DNA of 44,638 nucleotides. Origin: Candidatus Nanopelagicales bacterium. GTDB lineage: Bacteria; Actinomycetota; Actinomycetes; S36-B12. The position numbers and the translations under genes are program-made. The notes under the pieces were generated by a model. That model was not told the DNA's origin. It made no database searches and worked only from the letters and a program-made list of their open reading frames with translations. Position 1 is the first letter of the stretch. Every line of letters starts with the position of its first letter. Positions 40,114 through 44,638 of the stretch are shown here, piece after piece. The stretch lies in NCBI GenBank assembly GCA_051007175.1, contig JBPCSL010000014.1:1-44638 (forward strand), in the 5' to 3' direction.

Positions 40114-40689
40114 GTGAGCGAGACAGTCGAGCGGAAGCGGTCGGGCAGGCGCAGGGCCATCACCTTGCCTGAGGCCGTCCTCTTCGGCGTACTTCGGGCG
40201 GCGCTCATTGCCACGGTCGCGGTCCTCGTGTCGGTCGCGATCAATCTCGCGGCCGTGCCGCAGGCCATCCGGCTGCCCTTCGGCGCGCTCTACATCCTCC
40301 TCTGGGTCGCTCTGTACGTGATCTACTTTCGTCATCAGATGAAGATGATCGCCAAGGCGGACTTCCCGGCGGTGCGCGCCTGGGAGACCCTCATCGTCGG
40401 CGGCGTCATGTTCATGACCATCTTCGCCAACGCGTATCACCAGATTGCCGAGCTCGACAGCGCGGCGTTCAGCGAGAAGTTGGATCTCTTCACTTCCTAC
40501 TACTTCACGGTGACCATCCTCGGCACGGTCGGATTTGGTGACATCACGCCCGTCACGGTGCTCGCCCGATCGGTATCCATGGTCCAGATGCTCGTCGACC
40601 TCGGCATCATCGCCTTCACCGTGCGACTCATCACCCGGCAGGTCAAGCAGAACAGGGAGCCCGGGCCAGGCGCTGGCGATCTGCCCTAA
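40114..40689 (+). CDS. Small potassium channel family protein
   Basis: The selectivity filter TVGFGD occurs in YYFTVTILGTVGFGDITP, flanked by TM helices. GTG 40114 lies 4 nt after the rlmN stop. Length is 191 aa. Confidence 0.8.
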   Translation: MSETVERKRSGRRRAITLPEAVLFGVLRAALIATVAVLVSVAINLAAVPQAIRLPFGALYILLWVALYVIYFRHQMKMIAKADFPAVRAWETLIVGGVMFMTIFANAYHQIAELDSAAFSEKLDLFTSYYFTVTILGTVGFGDITPVTVLARSVSMVQMLVDLGIIAFTVRLITRQVKQNREPGPGAGDLP

Positions 40690-40706
40690 GGCGGTACGGT
40701 CCCGCT

Positions 40707-42590
40707 GTGGGCACCGTCTACGACGAGGCGCGGCGACGTAGCCTGGAAGACCCGCACGGCTTCTGGGGCGAGATGGCCGGGCTTGTCGACTGGGTCACGG
40801 CGCCGACCGTCGTCCTCGATGACTCTCGCGCCCCGCTCTACCGGTGGTTCCCCGATGGCGAGATCAATACCTGCGTCAACGCCCTGGATCGTCACGTAGC
40901 GGCAGGGCGAGGCGACCAGGTGGCGCTGATCCACGACAGCGCCGTCACTGGCGAGGTGACCCGCTTCACGTATGCCGAGCTCCTCGCGCAGGTCGAGCTC
41001 TTCGCGGGGGTCCTGCGCGATCGGGGAGTGGTCCGGGGAGATCGCGTCATCATCTACATGCCGATGGTGCCGGAGGCAGCCATCGCCATGCTCGCCTGCG
41101 CCCGGCTCGGAGCGGCGCACTCCGTCGTCTTCGGGGGCTTCGCGGCCGCCGAGCTCGCCGCGCGCATCGACGACGCCCTGCCGTCGGTGGTGGTGTCCGC
41201 GTCGTGCGGCGTCGAGGGCCACCGCATCGTGGAGTACAAGCCCCTGCTCGACGAGGCCCTGCGCATGGCACGCCATCAGCCGCGCGCCTGCGTGATCCTG
41301 CAACGGCCGCAGGCCGAGGCGGCGATGGGGGATCGAGATGTCGACTGGGCGGAGGCGGTGGCGCGCGCCACTCCCGCGGCGGCGGTTCCGGTCGCGGCCA
41401 CCGACCCCCTCTACGTGCTCTACACCTCCGGAACGACGGGGCGACCCAAGGGGATCGTGCGCGACAACGGTGGCCACGCGGTCGCCATGGCCTGGTCGCT
41501 GCCGCACGTCTATGGCATCGGGCCGGGAGACGTGTGGTGGGCCGCATCCGACGTGGGATGGGTCGTAGGCCACTCCTACATCGTCTACGCGCCGCTCATC
41601 GCCGGCTGCACGACCGTGATGTACGAGGGGAAGCCGGTCGGCACGCCCGACGCGGGTGCCTTCTGGCGGGTGATCGAGGACCACCGCGTCAATGCGTTGT
41701 TCACCGCGCCGACGGCCATCCGGGCGATCCGCAAGGAGGACCCCGACGGGCACTTCATCGCGCGGCACGACCTGTCGTCGCTGCGCACCCTCTTCCAGGC
41801 TGGCGAGCGGCTCGATCCGGACACCTACGCGTGGGCGACGGCCCACCTCGGGGTGCCCGTGGTCGACAACTGGTGGCAGACCGAGACCGGCTGGCCGGTG
41901 GCATGCAATCTCCGCGGCCTCGATCCCATGCCCCTGAAGCCTGGGTCGCCCTCCGTCATCGTGCCCGGGTACGACGTGCGGGTCGTCGACGAGCAGGGCG
42001 AGGAGGTCGCGCCAGGGGCCGACGGCAACATCGTGATTCGCCTGCCCCTGCCGCCAGGCACGCTGCCGACCCTGTGGGGCGACGACCAGCGCTACGTCGA
42101 CTCCTACCTGAGTGCCTTCCCGGGGTTCTACACCACGGGAGACGGCGGCTTCTTCGACGAGGATGGCTACATCCACGTCATGGGCCGCACGGACGACGTC
42201 ATCAACGTCGCGGGCCATCGGCTGTCGACCGGTGCCATGGAGGCCGTGGTTGCCACGCATCGTGCGGTCGCCGAGTGCGCGGTCATCGGGGTGCATGACG
42301 AGATCAAGGGGCAGGTCCCGCGTGCCTTTGTCGTCCTGAAGTCCGGTGCCGACGCGGACCCGGCCGCGCTTGAAGCGGAGATCGTCGCACTCGTCCGGGA
42401 GCGCATCGGCCCGGTGGCGGCCCTGCACCGGGTGGTCATCGTGCCCGCGCTGCCCAAGACGCGGTCGGGGAAGATCCTCCGCCGGTCCATGCGTGCCATC
42501 GCGGACGGTCGCGAGGAGCCGATCCCGTCCACGATCGAGGATGCATCCGTCCTCGACGTGCTCGTCCCCTTGCTGACGGGGGAGTCATGA
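40707..42590 (+). CDS. Acyl-CoA synthetase of the acetyl/propionyl-CoA synthetase subfamily (PrpE-like)
   Basis: Contains the N-terminal SLEDPHGFWGE, YTSGTTGRPKG (AMP-binding motif), and a C-terminal PKTRSGKILRR. Length is 627 aa. Confidence 0.85.
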   Translation: MGTVYDEARRRSLEDPHGFWGEMAGLVDWVTAPTVVLDDSRAPLYRWFPDGEINTCVNALDRHVAAGRGDQVALIHDSAVTGEVTRFTYAELLAQVELFAGVLRDRGVVRGDRVIIYMPMVPEAAIAMLACARLGAAHSVVFGGFAAAELAARIDDALPSVVVSASCGVEGHRIVEYKPLLDEALRMARHQPRACVILQRPQAEAAMGDRDVDWAEAVARATPAAAVPVAATDPLYVLYTSGTTGRPKGIVRDNGGHAVAMAWSLPHVYGIGPGDVWWAASDVGWVVGHSYIVYAPLIAGCTTVMYEGKPVGTPDAGAFWRVIEDHRVNALFTAPTAIRAIRKEDPDGHFIARHDLSSLRTLFQAGERLDPDTYAWATAHLGVPVVDNWWQTETGWPVACNLRGLDPMPLKPGSPSVIVPGYDVRVVDEQGEEVAPGADGNIVIRLPLPPGTLPTLWGDDQRYVDSYLSAFPGFYTTGDGGFFDEDGYIHVMGRTDDVINVAGHRLSTGAMEAVVATHRAVAECAVIGVHDEIKGQVPRAFVVLKSGADADPAALEAEIVALVRERIGPVAALHRVVIVPALPKTRSGKILRRSMRAIADGREEPIPSTIEDASVLDVLVPLLTGES

Positions 42591-43687
42591 GCCGGGAGGG
42601 CCCGCTCGCCGGGATCGTCATCGCCGATTTCGCCCGCGTCCTGGCGGGGCCCTACGCCACCATGCTGTTGGGCGACCTCGGTGCGGAGGTCATCAAGGTC
42701 GAGCGGCCGGGCGTGGGCGACGACACCCGGGCCTGGGGGCCGCCGTACACCGCGGACGGGATGTCCACCTACTTCGCCGGCGTGAACCGCAACAAGTCCG
42801 CCCTGGGCATCGACCTGGGCTCCGAGCACGGGCGACGCCAGGCGCGAGAGCTGGCCGACCGCGCCGACGTGCTGGTGGAGAACTTCAAGGTCGGCACCAT
42901 GGAGCGTCTTGGCCTCAGCTACGAGACGCTCTCGCGCGACAACCCGGGCCTCATCTACTGCTCGATCACCGGCTTCGGCTCCGGCCTCGGCAAGGACCTC
43001 CCCGGCTACGACCTCCTCGTGCAGGCCATGGGCGGGCTCATGAGCATCACCGGGCCGACGCCGGGGGAGCCGACGAAGGTGGGCGTCGCCCTGGTGGACG
43101 TCATCACGGGACTGCATGCGACCGTGGGAATCCTGGCGGCGCTGCGCCATCGAGAGGTCACCGGGCAGGGGCAACTCGTCGAAGTGAACCTGCTGTCCTC
43201 CCTGCTCTCGGCGCTGGTGAACCAGGGCTCGGCGTACGTGGCCGGCGGCGTCGTGCCCGGCATCGTCGGCAATGCCCACCCCTCGATCGTCCCGTATCAG
43301 GTGTATCCCACGAAGGATCGGCCGATCATCATCGCGGTGGGCAACGACGGCCAGTTCACCGCGCTCATGGACGTGCTTGGGGAGCCCGAGCTCGCGGCAG
43401 ATCCGCGGTTCGCGACGAACCCGCGCCGCGTCGAGAATCGCGGGGAGCTCAACCCGCGGATCGAAGGCCTCCTCGCGGCCGCGGGCGCTGACGAGTGGCA
43501 GGAGCGCCTCACGGCGGTCGGCGTCCCCTGCGGGCCGATCAACGACATCGCCCAGGCCTTTGCCCTCGCCGAGCGCCTCGGCCTCGATCCTGTCGCGGTC
43601 GTCGACGGGGTGCCGACGGTTGCCCATCCGATCCGCCTCAGCGATACCCCGCCGACCTATCGTGGCGGGCCGCCCGCATTGCCGTGA
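42587..43687 (+). CDS. Family III (CaiB/BaiF) CoA-transferase
   Basis: The start forms an ATGA overlap with the upstream stop. Contains LAGIVIADFARVLAGPYATMLLGDLGAEVIKVERPGVGDDTRAWGPP. Length is 366 aa. Confidence 0.88.
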   Translation: MSREGPLAGIVIADFARVLAGPYATMLLGDLGAEVIKVERPGVGDDTRAWGPPYTADGMSTYFAGVNRNKSALGIDLGSEHGRRQARELADRADVLVENFKVGTMERLGLSYETLSRDNPGLIYCSITGFGSGLGKDLPGYDLLVQAMGGLMSITGPTPGEPTKVGVALVDVITGLHATVGILAALRHREVTGQGQLVEVNLLSSLLSALVNQGSAYVAGGVVPGIVGNAHPSIVPYQVYPTKDRPIIIAVGNDGQFTALMDVLGEPELAADPRFATNPRRVENRGELNPRIEGLLAAAGADEWQERLTAVGVPCGPINDIAQAFALAERLGLDPVAVVDGVPTVAHPIRLSDTPPTYRGGPPALP

Positions 43688-44638
43688 TCAGCGGAAGGCG
43701 GGCATGCCCGTGAGGGCTTGGCCAATGACGAGGGTGTGCATCTCGTTGGTGCCCTCGTAGGTGTAGACCGACTCCAGGTTGTTCATGTGTCGAATGACGG
43801 GGTACTCCAGGGTGATGCCGTTGCCGCCGAGGATCCCGCGGCATTCCCGCGCGATGCGCAGGGACTCCCGCGCATTGTTGAGCTTGCCGATGCTCACCTG
43901 CTCCGGGGTGATCCGATGCTCGTCCTTCAGTCGGCCCAGGTGCAGGGCGAGCAGCATGCCCTTGCCGAGCTCGAGAGTCATATCGGCGAGCTTCTGCTGC
44001 GTCATCTGGTAGCCCGCGATCGGCTTGTCGAACTGCTCGCGATCCACGGCGTACGAGATGGCGGTCTCCAGGCAGTCGCGCGCGGCACCCAGCGTGCCGA
44101 AGGCGATGCCGAAGCGGGCCTCGTTGAGGCAGGCGAGCGGTCCCTTGAGGCCCTGGACGCCAGGGAGCACGGCGTCGGCAGGCAACCGCACGCCATCGAA
44201 CACGAGCTCGGCGGTCAGGGACGCGCGGAGCGACAGCTTCTTGTGGATCTCCCGCGCGCTGAAGCCGGGCGTGTCGGTCGGGACCACGAAGCCGCGGATG
44301 CCGTCGTCGGTCTGGGCCCAGACGATGGCGACGTCGGCCACGGTGCCATTGGTGATCCACATCTTCGAGCCGTCGAGGATCCAGTCGTCGCCGTCGCGCT
44401 TGGCAGCTGTGCGCATGCCACCGGGATTGGACCCGAAGTCAGCCTCCGTGAGGCCGAAGCAGCCGATCGCCTCGCCCGTGGCCATGCGCGGCAGCCACTC
44501 CTGGCGGTGCTCCTCGCTGCCGAAGGCATGGAGGGCGTACATGGCGAGGGAGCCCTGCACGCTCACCAGGGAACGGATCCCCGAGTCGCCCGCCTCGAGC
44601 TCCATGGCGGCGAGGCCGTAGGACACGGCGTTCGTGCC
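43688..44638 (-). CDS. Acyl-CoA dehydrogenase, glutaryl-CoA dehydrogenase-like; N-terminus lies outside the window
   Basis: The frame stays open to the window end (GTNAVSYGLAAMELE...). Contains GCFGLTEADFGSNPGGM, WITNG, and the C-terminal YEGTNEMHTLVIGQALTG. The stop directly abuts the CoA-transferase stop. Confidence 0.88.
   Translation of the reverse strand, partial: GTNAVSYGLAAMELEAGDSGIRSLVSVQGSLAMYALHAFGSEEHRQEWLPRMATGEAIGCFGLTEADFGSNPGGMRTAAKRDGDDWILDGSKMWITNGTVADVAIVWAQTDDGIRGFVVPTDTPGFSAREIHKKLSLRASLTAELVFDGVRLPADAVLPGVQGLKGPLACLNEARFGIAFGTLGAARDCLETAISYAVDREQFDKPIAGYQMTQQKLADMTLELGKGMLLALHLGRLKDEHRITPEQVSIGKLNNARESLRIARECRGILGGNGITLEYPVIRHMNNLESVYTYEGTNEMHTLVIGQALTGMPAFR

Overview
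This is a visibly high-GC, GC3-skewed actinobacterial chromosome segment. The lineage call rests only on composition and synteny. About nine-tenths of it is coding, mostly on the + strand. It matches the conserved housekeeping backbone of Mycobacterium/Streptomyces/Actinomyces-type genomes. Gene order (minus-strand genes marked -): plsC (3' part)-gpsA; Cys/Met PLP enzyme (-); ddl; DUF3515-like lipoprotein and small Lrp/AsnC-domain protein (-); thiL; rpmB (-); DAK2/YloV-recG-rsmD-coaD; a DivIVA-like coiled-coil protein; yceD-rpmF; a small ACP-like ORF; rnc-mutM; a small coiled-coil ORF; smc-ftsY; amtB-glnK-glnD; ffh; a small CMD-family gene (-); rpsP-KH-rimM-trmD; rplS-lepB-lepB-rnhB; yraN-comM-dprA; xerC; M23 peptidase (-); rpsB-tsf-pyrH-frr-cdsA-rlmN. 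After that come a small K+ channel, a PrpE-like acyl-CoA synthetase, a family III CoA-transferase, and a convergent glutaryl-CoA-dehydrogenase-like gene that runs off the 3' end. I found no rRNA, tRNA, CRISPR array, transposase, phage gene or recognisable defence gene. I found no convincing evidence for a novel multi-gene system, so the window reads as ordinary core genome. The items worth a second look are all small. (1) An orphan acyl-carrier-protein-like 78-aa ORF is translationally coupled to rnc. (2) A phased GlnR-box-like pentamer array sits upstream of amtB. (3) A 416-bp repeat-rich non-coding spacer lies upstream of rpsP. (4) Ribosomal protein S16 carries an unusually acidic low-complexity tail. 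(5) A (T/C)AGACT hexamer recurs in intergenic regions. (6) Several convergent or divergent gene junctions have no intergenic DNA. All functional calls come from motif recognition in the supplied translations plus recalled synteny, because no database search was possible. Start codons were chosen from SD spacing and overlap logic, and several remain ambiguous.
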